From the NCBI GenBank assembly GCA_963711565.1, contig CAVQEQ010000002.1, positions 224,001-288,000 of the forward strand: 64,000 bases of DNA, given 5' to 3'. The notes below the pieces were generated by a model. The model had not been told where the DNA came from. It made no database searches and saw only the letters and a list, made by a program, of their open reading frames with translations. The number at the start of each line of letters is the position of its first letter. Position 1 is the first letter of the stretch. The position numbers and the translations under genes are program-made. The stretch comes from an uncultured delta proteobacterium (GTDB lineage: Bacteria > Desulfobacterota > Binatia > Binatales > Binataceae). This document shows positions 28,206 through 37,498 of this stretch, piece by piece.

Positions 28206-29156
28206 ATGGCGCGTTCGATCGGGTTCAACCTGCTTCAGGTGCTGTTCGTGGTGGCGCTCGCCCCGCTGGTGGCGGGGGTGTTGTCGCGTCTGAAAGAGAT
28301 CGTGCAATCGCGGCGCGGTCCCAGCGTTTTCCAGCCGTATCGCGACCTTCGCAAGCTATTCAATAAAGACGAAGTCGTCTCGGAGCAGGCTTCCTGGATT
28401 TTCCGCGTGACGCCTCACGTCGTCTTTGTCGCGCCGATCTTCGTCGCCACGCTGATTCCCGTTCTAACCAGCTATCCGCTCTTCTTCGCGTTCATGGGCG
28501 ACATGCTGGGCGGAGGGTTTGTGCTGGCATTGGGCGGCTTCTTCGCGACGCTCGCGGCTGTGGATACAGCCAATCCTTACGGTCCGATGGGCGCGAGCCG
28601 CACGCGCATGGTCGGCTTCCTGGCTGAGCCGGTCTTCATGATCGTTTTTTTCACCGTCTCGTTCGTTGCGGGCTCCACCATTCCCTACATCGTTCAGCAG
28701 CATTGGGTCACTCCGCTGTCGAACTTCTTCGCGCCGTCGCATGTGCTGCTGGTGATCGCCTTCGTGATGCTCATTCTTGCTGAAGCCGGGCGGATCCCAG
28801 TTGACAATCCAACCGGTCATTTCGAGCTCGCGATGATCGACGAATCGAAAAGTCTCGAGTACTCGGGCACCGGCATGGCGCTGATGAAATGGGGCGGTCA
28901 GATGAAGCTGCTGGTGCTGATGTGCATTCTGCTCAACGTACTGGTTACCCCGTGGGGACTGGCAAGCGACAAGAGCACTCTTGAGGTCCTTTTGGCGGGA
29001 CCGCTCGTGTTGTTCAAAATCGGGCTCTTCCTATTGGTGTTGGTGGTGATTGAATCCTCGCTGTCCAAACTGCGGCTCTTTCGGGTCAGCGAGTTCCTGG
29101 GGGCTGCGTTCGTAACCTCGGTGGTCGCGATGATCACCGGACTCCTGAACTTCTAG
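28206..29156 (+). CDS. hyfC: HyfC/NuoH-like membrane subunit
   Basis: RRGPSVFQPYRDLRKLF.K, GASR, AEAGRIPVDNP..ELAMI, LEYSG. Confidence 0.88.
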   Translation: MARSIGFNLLQVLFVVALAPLVAGVLSRLKEIVQSRRGPSVFQPYRDLRKLFNKDEVVSEQASWIFRVTPHVVFVAPIFVATLIPVLTSYPLFFAFMGDMLGGGFVLALGGFFATLAAVDTANPYGPMGASRTRMVGFLAEPVFMIVFFTVSFVAGSTIPYIVQQHWVTPLSNFFAPSHVLLVIAFVMLILAEAGRIPVDNPTGHFELAMIDESKSLEYSGTGMALMKWGGQMKLLVLMCILLNVLVTPWGLASDKSTLEVLLAGPLVLFKIGLFLLVLVVIESSLSKLRLFRVSEFLGAAFVTSVVAMITGLLNF

Positions 29157-29164
29157 GGGCTGAG

Positions 29165-29845
29165 ATGGCGAACTCCTACGCGCTCCTGACTTCGCTGAAC
29201 GGACTGGCTGCGGGGCTGTTTCTGATGAGTTCGTTCGGGCTTGCGGCGACGCGGCAGATGCAGGGGTGCCAGCGATTCTATATCACTGAGTCGATCTGCC
29301 TCGTGGTGTCCGCGCTATTGCTCGGCATTGGCTTGCACGCGCCCGACCTGCTGGCGGTCGCCGCGCTCGACGCGATAATGAAGCCCATCGTGATTCCGTA
29401 TCTGCTTAAGCGCACGGTGCCTGAGGAGATTTTCAGAAGACGTGAGATCGATCAGGTCCTGAACATTCCCAGTTCGCTGCTGATTGCGCTTGCCCTGACC
29501 TTGCTTGCCTTCTACCTGAGCGGATTTCTCCCGCCCGCAGCCGGAAGCATTGCGGCAATCAATTTGCCCGTCGGGCTCGCCGGACTGTTTATCGGAGTCT
29601 ACACGCTCACGGTGCGGCGCGAGGCCGTCCCGCAACTGATTGGCATCTTCGGCATCGAGAATGGCGCTCTGCTTTGCGGCTTCGCCATCGCGCCCACTTT
29701 GCCACTGGTCATTGAGATGGCTTTCCCGTTCGACATGCTGATCATCGCGCTCGTGATCGGAATCTTGACGCGGATAACGCAGGAACGAGTGGGAACGACC
29801 GAAGTCGGCGCGTTCGCAGCGCTCAAGGAAGGCGCCAGCAAATGA
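29165..29845 (+). CDS. hyfE: HyfE-like membrane subunit
   Basis: K.IVIP..L, RR.A..Q.IG...ENG motifs; multi-TM; operon position. Confidence 0.82.
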   Translation: MANSYALLTSLNGLAAGLFLMSSFGLAATRQMQGCQRFYITESICLVVSALLLGIGLHAPDLLAVAALDAIMKPIVIPYLLKRTVPEEIFRRREIDQVLNIPSSLLIALALTLLAFYLSGFLPPAAGSIAAINLPVGLAGLFIGVYTLTVRREAVPQLIGIFGIENGALLCGFAIAPTLPLVIEMAFPFDMLIIALVIGILTRITQERVGTTEVGAFAALKEGASK

Positions 29846-31290
29846 TACTGCTTGCCATCCTTGCCGTGCCGCTGATTGCCGCGCTGCTCTCGTGCTTGCC
29901 AGTCGGACGCCGGGTAGCGCCGGCGGTCACACTGACATCCTGCACGGTCGTGCTCGCGATGGTGATAGCAGCGGCGATGGGCGTGGTCGCTCGGGGCTCA
30001 GTTGTCGCAATTGCCAATTGGGTCTCTATCGACGGCCTGAGTGCGTTGATTCTGCTGCTGGTCGCGACGATCGGGAGCACCGCCGCACTTTTCTCGTGGG
30101 GTTACATGGCGCACGAACCGAGCACGCCGCATCTGCGCCGTTACTACGCGAATTACAATCTGTTCGTCTTCGCGATGCTCTCGGTGCCCATGCTGGCGGA
30201 GCCGAACCTGGTTTGGACGGGAGTGGAAATGACGACCATCCTCTCCGTTTACCTTATAGCGTTCGAGAATACGCGCGAGGCACTGGAAGCCGCGTGGAAG
30301 TACTCGGTGTTGACGATCATGGGAGGAGCGATAGCACTCCTCGGGTTTCTGGCGCTGTTCGCCGCGACACGGGGTCAGTACCCCGGCGGCGCCTATACAT
30401 GGCAGACGCTGATCGAGTTGGCGCCGCGAGTTTCGCCGGGCGTGCTCGCGACCGCCTTTGTTCTGATCCTTGTGGGGTTCGGTGCAAAGGCCGGGTTGGT
30501 TCCATTGCACACCTGGCTACCCGACGCGCACAGTCAGGCGCCGAGTCCAATCTGCGCGCTGCTCTCCGGCATCAAGACCACCGTCATCCTGTACGTAATA
30601 TTGCGCCTGGTGCCGGTGCTTAACGCCTCGGGAAAGGTCGACGTCGATGGATGGGCAATGGTCGTTGGGCTGTTTTCGGTAGGTATCGCGGCGTTTCTCA
30701 TCATCCAGGTAACCGACTATAAGCGCCTGTTCGCATTCTCCACGGTCGAACACATGGGCATTATCCTTACCGCCGCCGGCATCGGCGGCGCCGCCGGGCA
30801 CTACGGCGCGGTGTATCAAATACTCAATCACGCACTGACAAAGTCATTCTGTTTCTTCGCGGCCGGAGCAACTCTGCTCGTCGTCGATACACGACAGATA
30901 GCTGAAGTGCGGGGTTTGATACGAACCTCACCGTCGGCCGGCGCTGCCCTGCTATTCGGAGGAATCGCGATCGCCGGGGCGCCACCGCTCGCAGTGTTCC
31001 TGAGCGAATTCTCGATTCTGCGCTCCGGAATGGCGGAGCAACACTACCTTGCAAGCGGCTTGCTCGCCGCGTTCGTTATCGTCGCCTTTTTCGGAATTCT
31101 CTATCACCTTAATCTTATGGTCTTCGGACAAGCCTCGTCGCCCACCGTCGATAGCATTCCGGTAAGACTGCCGCGAAGCTGCGTGCTGACCCTTATTCTG
31201 GCCGCAGCGCCAATCATCATACTCGGGGTCTATATGCCGGAGCCGCTTCACAGGCTGCTCGAGATGGCGGCCGACGGCCTGTCGAGGTGA
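29842..31290 (+). CDS. hyfF: HyfF-like proton-translocating antiporter subunit
   Basis: LEAAWKY, GFGAKAGLVPLHTWLPDAHSQAPSP, KRLFAFSTVEHMG. Confidence 0.88.
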   Translation: MILLAILAVPLIAALLSCLPVGRRVAPAVTLTSCTVVLAMVIAAAMGVVARGSVVAIANWVSIDGLSALILLLVATIGSTAALFSWGYMAHEPSTPHLRRYYANYNLFVFAMLSVPMLAEPNLVWTGVEMTTILSVYLIAFENTREALEAAWKYSVLTIMGGAIALLGFLALFAATRGQYPGGAYTWQTLIELAPRVSPGVLATAFVLILVGFGAKAGLVPLHTWLPDAHSQAPSPICALLSGIKTTVILYVILRLVPVLNASGKVDVDGWAMVVGLFSVGIAAFLIIQVTDYKRLFAFSTVEHMGIILTAAGIGGAAGHYGAVYQILNHALTKSFCFFAAGATLLVVDTRQIAEVRGLIRTSPSAGAALLFGGIAIAGAPPLAVFLSEFSILRSGMAEQHYLASGLLAAFVIVAFFGILYHLNLMVFGQASSPTVDSIPVRLPRSCVLTLILAAAPIIILGVYMPEPLHRLLEMAADGLSR

Positions 31291-31293
31291 ACG

Positions 31294-32883
31294 ATGCCCG
31301 TCGTACTGACTCAAGTGGTCGAGGAGGCCAGGGCACGCTGGGCCGGCAGAGTTAGCGCGACTATCAATGATCGCGTCGATTCCGCGTGTCAGCTTGAATG
31401 TGAACCGGCAGCTCTACCAGAGATTTGCGAGTGGTTGTTTTCAAGTCTGCGCTACAGTTTCGGCAGTCTTATCGTCGAGCAGCGAGCGCGATGGGACCTG
31501 CGATACGTCTTCTACGGCGAACATGACGCTGGTTGGGTGCACGCGCTTACTCATTCGTCCAGTTCCGAAAATCGTGTACCCAGCATCAGCAAACAGATTC
31601 ACGCCGCCGATTGGCACGAACGCGAGGTTGAGGACCTGTTTGGACTGGACTTCGAGGGACATCCGCGTCTCGGCGATTTCGTCCTTCACAATGACGCCTG
31701 GCAAGAGGGCGTCAATCCGATGCGCAAGAGCTTTGATGCGGCTCAGCCTGTACTGCATCGTGAGCCCGACCTGAATTGGAAGCCTCGCCAGATCGTCGAG
31801 GAGACCGGCTCTTTCCTCATGCCGGTAGGACCGGTCTTTTCCGCCGCAACCGGACCGGTACACTTTCAGCTCGAGACGGTCGGCGAGGATGTCATCCGCG
31901 CGTGGCCGCGCCTCTTCTACGCATACCGCGGTCTCGAGAAGATCGCCGAGGGCCGGCGGGCTGACGATGTCGTGCTTATAGCGGAGCGTATCAGCGGAAC
32001 TTCGGCGTTCGCTCATTCGTTGGCGCTCTGTCAGGCCGTGGAACGAGCCTGCCATATCGAGGTGCCGCCGAAAGCGCGTGCGCTGAGGATATTTATCGCG
32101 GAGCTGGAACGCCTGCGTCATCATGTTGCGGCTATCGAGGGAATCTGCGAATCCACTGCGCTTGCGGTCGCCGCCGCCCAGGCCGCGATTCTCGAAGAGG
32201 ACCTCTTACGGATTTCCGGCGCGCTGACGGGTCACCGTTATCTTTTCGGGCTGAATACCTTCGGCGGCCTGACGATGGACCTCGAAGATACAGTCTGCAA
32301 GCGGACAGCGTCGCAGGTCCGCGATGTGGCCGCGAAGCTCTCACAGCTTGAGCGGATGCTGAGCACGTCGAGTAGTTTTCTCGACCGGCTGGAGGAAGTC
32401 GGCAACGTGTCAGCAGATGTTGCTCGCGAATTTGGCCTGGTGGGACCGATCGCCCGTGCGTCAGGCGTCTCGCGGGACCTGAGGAAGGCACAGCCATATT
32501 CCGGCTACGAGCAGATCGAGTTTGAAGTTCCGCAGGAGTCGGAGGGAGACGGTTTCGCGCGGTTGCGGCTGTTCTTCCGGGAGGCCGCACAATCCGCCCG
32601 AATAATCGCGCGGCTCGCGGAGACGATTCCCGACGGGCCGTTTCGCGTGCCTGAGGTGATGCTGCGGCCCGGCGCCGCGCTTGGCTGGGTCGAAGCGCCA
32701 CGTGGAGCAGCGCTCCATTGGATTCGCCTCGGCGAGGCCGGCGTCGTGGATCGATACCGAATCGTGACGCCGTCATTCGCGAACTGGCACGGATTCAGAC
32801 TCGCGGCGGAAAATTTCGCCTTTCAGGATTTCCCGATAATCCTCGCAACCTTTGCGCTCTCAGTTCACGAGAACGATCGCTAG
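31294..32883 (+). CDS. HyfG/NuoCD-like large subunit lacking NiFe-binding cysteines (Ehr large subunit)
   Basis: ADWHEREVEDLFG, GHP, RGLEK, ELERL, EAPRG, PSFANW, QDFP; L1 is ERISGTS and C-terminus LSVHENDR (no CxxC). Confidence 0.87.
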   Translation: MPVVLTQVVEEARARWAGRVSATINDRVDSACQLECEPAALPEICEWLFSSLRYSFGSLIVEQRARWDLRYVFYGEHDAGWVHALTHSSSSENRVPSISKQIHAADWHEREVEDLFGLDFEGHPRLGDFVLHNDAWQEGVNPMRKSFDAAQPVLHREPDLNWKPRQIVEETGSFLMPVGPVFSAATGPVHFQLETVGEDVIRAWPRLFYAYRGLEKIAEGRRADDVVLIAERISGTSAFAHSLALCQAVERACHIEVPPKARALRIFIAELERLRHHVAAIEGICESTALAVAAAQAAILEEDLLRISGALTGHRYLFGLNTFGGLTMDLEDTVCKRTASQVRDVAAKLSQLERMLSTSSSFLDRLEEVGNVSADVAREFGLVGPIARASGVSRDLRKAQPYSGYEQIEFEVPQESEGDGFARLRLFFREAAQSARIIARLAETIPDGPFRVPEVMLRPGAALGWVEAPRGAALHWIRLGEAGVVDRYRIVTPSFANWHGFRLAAENFAFQDFPIILATFALSVHENDR

Positions 32884-32892
32884 CGCGCGCGA

Positions 32893-33636
32893 ATGGCCAG
32901 CATGAGCAATTGGGTTATCAAAGGTCTTACAACCGGAATCAAGAGTACGCGCTACCCGCGCGTCGAGGAGACCGCCGCTGGAACTTCACCGGGACTTCCG
33001 GGCGCTGTTACACTCCCGCCGGAGTTGGCGCAATCGGTGGTGGCGCGCTGTCCGACTGACGCGCTTGAATTGGGGCCTGCCGGCGTCAACGTCAACCTCC
33101 GCCGATGTATCAACTGCTTCCGATGCGTGCGCGGCGCCAACAGTCCGGTCAACTGGGATCGCGGGTACGAATGCGCGGTGGCGGTTAATCACGACGATAG
33201 CGGGATAGACGGATTCGGCACGGCCTTCCGCCGCTCGCTGCAGATTCTCGTCGTCGATGCGGGCGATTGCGGCGCCTGTCTCAACGAGGTCAAGCAGCTC
33301 AACAATCCTTACTACAACTTGCACCGGCTAGGGTTCTTCCTGACTCCGACGCCGCGCCATGCTGACGTGATGCTCGTGGTCGGAGCGCTTACCGACCACA
33401 TGCGAGTGCCGCTGCGCAAGGCCTACGACGCCATGCCGGGACCAAAACGAGTCGTCGCAGTCGGAGCATGTGCATTGTCGGGAGGAGTCTTCGGTCGCAG
33501 CTTTATTTGCGCCGGCGGAGTAGCTGAAATGCTCCCGGTCGATGTCGAGGTGCCGGGCAATCCGCCACCACCGCTCGCGATACTGCATGGGCTGCTGGTC
33601 GCGGTGGGTCGAAAACCGTCCGCAGGTTCCAGGTGA
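32893..33636 (+). CDS. HyfI/NuoB-like small subunit with N-terminal ferredoxin-like segment
   Basis: RCPTDAL and CINCFRC; GDCGAC, TPRHADV, VGACALSGG, VPGNPP. Confidence 0.85.
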   Translation: MASMSNWVIKGLTTGIKSTRYPRVEETAAGTSPGLPGAVTLPPELAQSVVARCPTDALELGPAGVNVNLRRCINCFRCVRGANSPVNWDRGYECAVAVNHDDSGIDGFGTAFRRSLQILVVDAGDCGACLNEVKQLNNPYYNLHRLGFFLTPTPRHADVMLVVGALTDHMRVPLRKAYDAMPGPKRVVAVGACALSGGVFGRSFICAGGVAEMLPVDVEVPGNPPPPLAILHGLLVAVGRKPSAGSR

Positions 33637-35780
33637 TCGCCATGGCCGTGCTGCTAGTTCTCATCCTGACACTCTGCGCCGCCGGCGTGATTCTTCCGCT
33701 CGTTCTTGAGCAACGACTAACGCCGTTAATCGTCGGCTTGGTTGGGGCAAGCGCGTCGGTCCTTCTGCTATGTTTCAGCGCGGCATCGCTGTTTGCCGGT
33801 GTATCTTTCAGCGCGACGCTATGGACCATTCCTTCGCTCGCAACGCTCACGCTGTCACTCGACAGGCTCTCCGCGCTGTTCCTTTTCGTTTCCGGCCTGG
33901 TGCTGCTACCTGGTTCGATTTTCGCCGCGGGCAATCTCAGCAAGTACATCGGCCGTTACAGTCTCAGGGCTTTCAGCGTTCCATACTTCGCGCTCTTTGC
34001 GACGCTGGTGCTGATCCCGCTGTCCGCCGACGCGGTCTCCTTCCTGATGCTGTGGGAGTCGATGTCGATCCTGATCTACCTGCTGGTCAACTACGAAGAC
34101 AAAGTCGAAGAGCACACGCGCGCCGGATACCTGATGCTGGCGGTGGGCGAAGCGGGTACGCTGCTCATCGCGCTCGCGTTTATCGTCCTTGCCAACAACG
34201 GCTCGCTGGAGTTTGCGGCGATGAAGGACGCGGGCACCGCGCTTGGTGACTACGCGCGATGGGCGGTATTCCTGCTTGCGTTCTTTGGCTTCGGCGTGAA
34301 GGGGGGGATCATTCCGGTTAATTTCTGGCTCCCGCGCGCGTACACCGCGGCGCCTGACGCTTTCGTTCCGGTGCTGGCGGGAGCGACGTTGAACCTGGGC
34401 TTTTACGGAATTGTCAGGCTCAACGGCGACCTGCTGCCGGCGACTATGGTAGGCCCCGGCCTGGTTGCGCTCATCATCGGCACCGTCACCGCGCTACTCG
34501 GTATTCTCTACGCGACGACCCAGAGCGATCTCAAAACTCTGCTTGCGCACAGCTCGATCGAGAATGCCGGCATCATCACGGCGGCGTTGGGGGCGGGATT
34601 CATATTCGTCGCGTCAGGGCATTTTCCGATCGCGGCTATCGCGTTCGCCGCCGCCTTCTACCACATGGCGAACCACTCGATTTACAAAGCTCTACTGTTC
34701 TTTTCGACCGGCGCGGTCGATTCGAGTGTGGGAACCCGGAATATCGACCGGCTGGGAGGCTTGATCAAGACGATGCCATACAGCGCGTTGTTCTTCCTGG
34801 TCGGCGCGCTGTCGATCGCGGCGCTGCCGCCCTTCAACGGTTTCGTCAGTGAATGGCTCACGCTGCAGACGATGTTGCAGAGCGCGGAACTGGCCGCGAC
34901 CGGCGTGAAAATCGTCTTCGCGCTGTGCGGCGCCGTTCTCGCGCTGACCACCGCGCTCGCGGTGACATGCTTCGTCAAGGCGTTCGCGATGAGTTTCCTG
35001 GGCATGGCGCGATCCGATGCGGTGACGCAGGCGCGTCCAGCGAGACTCTCTGCGACGGGTCCGATGACCTTTCTCGCACTGCTCTGCTTGATACTCGGAG
35101 TCACTCCGACCTACGTCATTCCGATCCTCGACGGCGCGATCGCGCCGATTGCCCAGCAAGCGCGCGCCGCGGATGCCCTTGTGCCGCCCTTCTTTGCCGG
35201 CAACCTCGATCACGGCGAATTGCCCGCGGCGTTCGTCGCGGATTTTCACGCCCTGGGTGCGCAAGTCGGACAAAGCGTCATGCCAGGACGTGGTCTCGTC
35301 GTGATGCATCGCGGCGGCGCCGCCAATCCGGTGGTGTTCGCGATGTCCACCTCGTACATGGCGGTAGTCCTTGCACTGATGCTGCTCGCTACCTACATCG
35401 TGTTCCGATTGATCGTCGCTCGAAACCGCGCCTTTGTGCGGCGCGAGGTGTGGGCTGGTGGAATCCGCCGCTTGCTGCCGGAGATGACCTACACCGGTAC
35501 CGGATTCTCGAACCCGGTGCGTGTTATCTTCGAGGCGGTGTTCAGGCCCACAACTGTGGAAGACACTCGCGAGACTGTCGGTCTGCACTTTCGCGCGGCG
35601 ATTCGACGCACGCGCGGTGAAAACCACGTGCTCGACCGCTTAGTACTTAATCCGGTCGCGGATGCGGCACTGTGGATCTCAAACGGCTTCGCCCGCATGC
35701 ATCATGGCTTCCTGAACGCGTACGTTCTTTACGGACTAAGCGCGCTGATCGTGGCGCTTCTGATCGCGAGGTTCTCGTGA
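33633..35780 (+). CDS. hyfB: HyfB/NuoL-like proton-translocating subunit
   Basis: FLMLWESMS, KGGIIP..WLPRAY, DLKTLLAHSSIEN, LPPFNGFVSEW, CFVKAF. Confidence 0.88.
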   Translation: MIAMAVLLVLILTLCAAGVILPLVLEQRLTPLIVGLVGASASVLLLCFSAASLFAGVSFSATLWTIPSLATLTLSLDRLSALFLFVSGLVLLPGSIFAAGNLSKYIGRYSLRAFSVPYFALFATLVLIPLSADAVSFLMLWESMSILIYLLVNYEDKVEEHTRAGYLMLAVGEAGTLLIALAFIVLANNGSLEFAAMKDAGTALGDYARWAVFLLAFFGFGVKGGIIPVNFWLPRAYTAAPDAFVPVLAGATLNLGFYGIVRLNGDLLPATMVGPGLVALIIGTVTALLGILYATTQSDLKTLLAHSSIENAGIITAALGAGFIFVASGHFPIAAIAFAAAFYHMANHSIYKALLFFSTGAVDSSVGTRNIDRLGGLIKTMPYSALFFLVGALSIAALPPFNGFVSEWLTLQTMLQSAELAATGVKIVFALCGAVLALTTALAVTCFVKAFAMSFLGMARSDAVTQARPARLSATGPMTFLALLCLILGVTPTYVIPILDGAIAPIAQQARAADALVPPFFAGNLDHGELPAAFVADFHALGAQVGQSVMPGRGLVVMHRGGAANPVVFAMSTSYMAVVLALMLLATYIVFRLIVARNRAFVRREVWAGGIRRLLPEMTYTGTGFSNPVRVIFEAVFRPTTVEDTRETVGLHFRAAIRRTRGENHVLDRLVLNPVADAALWISNGFARMHHGFLNAYVLYGLSALIVALLIARFS

Positions 35781-35824
35781 TCGAGCTTGACCGGCGCAGC
35801 AGCGAGACTTAGTTTAAGACTGTA

Positions 35825-35868
35825 GGCGGTGGAGTCCGCCAATAACTGCCATCAGGCCAATGACTCCT
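35825..35868 (+). ncRNA. Fluoride riboswitch #6 (compact P2)
   Basis: GGCGGTGGAGTCCGCC AATAACTGCC ATCA GGCCAATGACTCCT; downstream GGGAGTC (35892-35898) pairs with aptamer 3' strand. Confidence 0.85.
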
Positions 35869-35955
35869 TGCAGCGGGTAGAGACCCGGCGCGGGAGTCGT
35901 TCCTTCCAACGTCTCGAGTCTCCAGCCCGCTCCGAACGAAATCGGAGGTCGAGTT

Positions 35956-36780
35956 GTGCTGGAGCGACTGAAACACAATTTTCGCCTGCTGCTGAATGCT
36001 TTTGACGGCGCGGTCTGCCCGCTGTGCAACGTCCGCACGAGGCTCGAAACGTCTGAAGCTGAGCGTCTGCACGCCAAGGGAGACCTCAACGCGGCGCTGT
36101 GCGCAACGCACCTTGAGTCGTACTTTGGATGTACCGACGATCGCTCCGCGCGGGCCCGGGTGACGCGCAGGATTCTCGAAACGATAATTGCCGGAAGACC
36201 CGCGTGTCAGGTCTGTGAATACTTGCGCCGTGTCGAGGAACGGCTGGCGCGAGCTATACGCCGGCTCGACAACCGGATGCGATTCCGCAAGGCGCTGGAG
36301 ATGGCGCCGCTATTCTGCCGGCGGCACGTAAACCTCGTCGTGTCCGATCCTCTCGTCGCGAATTTTGCCCAGGTGCAACGCGCAAAGCTCCAACGTCTGC
36401 GCGACGATCTAGCCCAAGCCGAAATTCTCAATCGCGAGAGCCTCGATGCGCTGACTCTGTCAGCTATCGCGTATCTAGGCGATCTTGTTCTGGAGCAATC
36501 AGCGCTGCAACTTCAGGATTCGGCCGACATGCCCGCAGTCGAGGTTTCTGAATTTGAAAGGTGGGACGACGAACTTCAACTCAGACATCTGGGCAAACTC
36601 GAGAGCGAGGCCGCCAGCTTGCGCTATCGGAACGCAACGCTTTCCGAAGAGAACCGCAGACTCAAGGCTGCCCGCGTGGCCAGTGAAGGCACGCGGCGCG
36701 ACCTCGAGCGCGATCTGGCGCAACTCCTCGCCGCGGCGGGAGAACGCGATTCAAATTCCTTGAAGACTCCGAATCAATAA
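35956..36780 (+). CDS. Cys/His-rich putative Zn-binding protein (DUF6062-like) with C-terminal coiled coil
   Basis: CPLC..LCATH..CQVC..FCRRH; GGAGG RBS before GTG. Confidence 0.65.
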   Translation: MLERLKHNFRLLLNAFDGAVCPLCNVRTRLETSEAERLHAKGDLNAALCATHLESYFGCTDDRSARARVTRRILETIIAGRPACQVCEYLRRVEERLARAIRRLDNRMRFRKALEMAPLFCRRHVNLVVSDPLVANFAQVQRAKLQRLRDDLAQAEILNRESLDALTLSAIAYLGDLVLEQSALQLQDSADMPAVEVSEFERWDDELQLRHLGKLESEAASLRYRNATLSEENRRLKAARVASEGTRRDLERDLAQLLAAAGERDSNSLKTPNQ

Positions 36781-36802
36781 CGGTGAGGATCGAATCATCT
36801 CC

Positions 36803-37498
36803 ATGCGAATCTGCATCATTTCCGACCTGCACGCGAATATCGAAGCTCTCTCAGGGTTGCCCCGCGACTATGATGAGTTGTGGGTACTCGGCGACCTGGT
36901 CAACTACGGTCCCGATCCGGCCGAGACGATCGAGTTCGTGCGCTCGCATGCCTCGACGGTCCTTCGTGGTAATCATGACAATTCGGTGGGGTTCGGCGCG
37001 GATTGCCGATGCTCTCCCCGCTTCCGTGCGATGGCGGATGCGACGCGAGACTTTACGGTGTCTGCCATCTCAGCCGCGGACAAGCAGTATCTCCGCAATC
37101 TTCCGACCTGTGCGTGCCGACAACTCAACGGCGATGTCTTCTTCCTGTGTCATGCCACCCCCGCTGATCTTCTCTACGAGTATCGCCCGCCCGATTCACC
37201 GCTGTGGGCCAGGGAGGAGGAGGCGAGCTCAGGAGCCAACGTCATTCTGGCCGGCCACACCCATCTGCCGTTTTCGCACACGTTCAGGAACCGGCGAGTG
37301 GCCAATCCCGGCAGTCTGGGGCAATCGAAAGCCGGAGACTCGCGCGCCCGCTACGCGATTTGGCAGGATGGTCAAATTGAACTCAAGGCTTATCCGTATC
37401 CGGTCGAGAAGACCGTCGCCAAAATCCTCGCTCTCCCGGTGCCCGAGGAAGTAAAGCACGACCTGGTTCAGGTCCTGCGCACAGGAAAGGTGCCGTGA
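36803..37498 (+). CDS. Metallophosphoesterase (YfcE/PPP-like)
   Basis: ISDLHAN, LGDLVNYG, RGNHD, CHA, GHTH, NPGSLG. Confidence 0.9.
   Translation: MRICIISDLHANIEALSGLPRDYDELWVLGDLVNYGPDPAETIEFVRSHASTVLRGNHDNSVGFGADCRCSPRFRAMADATRDFTVSAISAADKQYLRNLPTCACRQLNGDVFFLCHATPADLLYEYRPPDSPLWAREEEASSGANVILAGHTHLPFSHTFRNRRVANPGSLGQSKAGDSRARYAIWQDGQIELKAYPYPVEKTVAKILALPVPEEVKHDLVQVLRTGKVP

Noticed and set aside
31294-32883. Functional NiFe hydrogenase / formate hydrogenlyase
   Set aside because: Both NiFe CxxC motifs are absent; no maturation or fdh genes in the window
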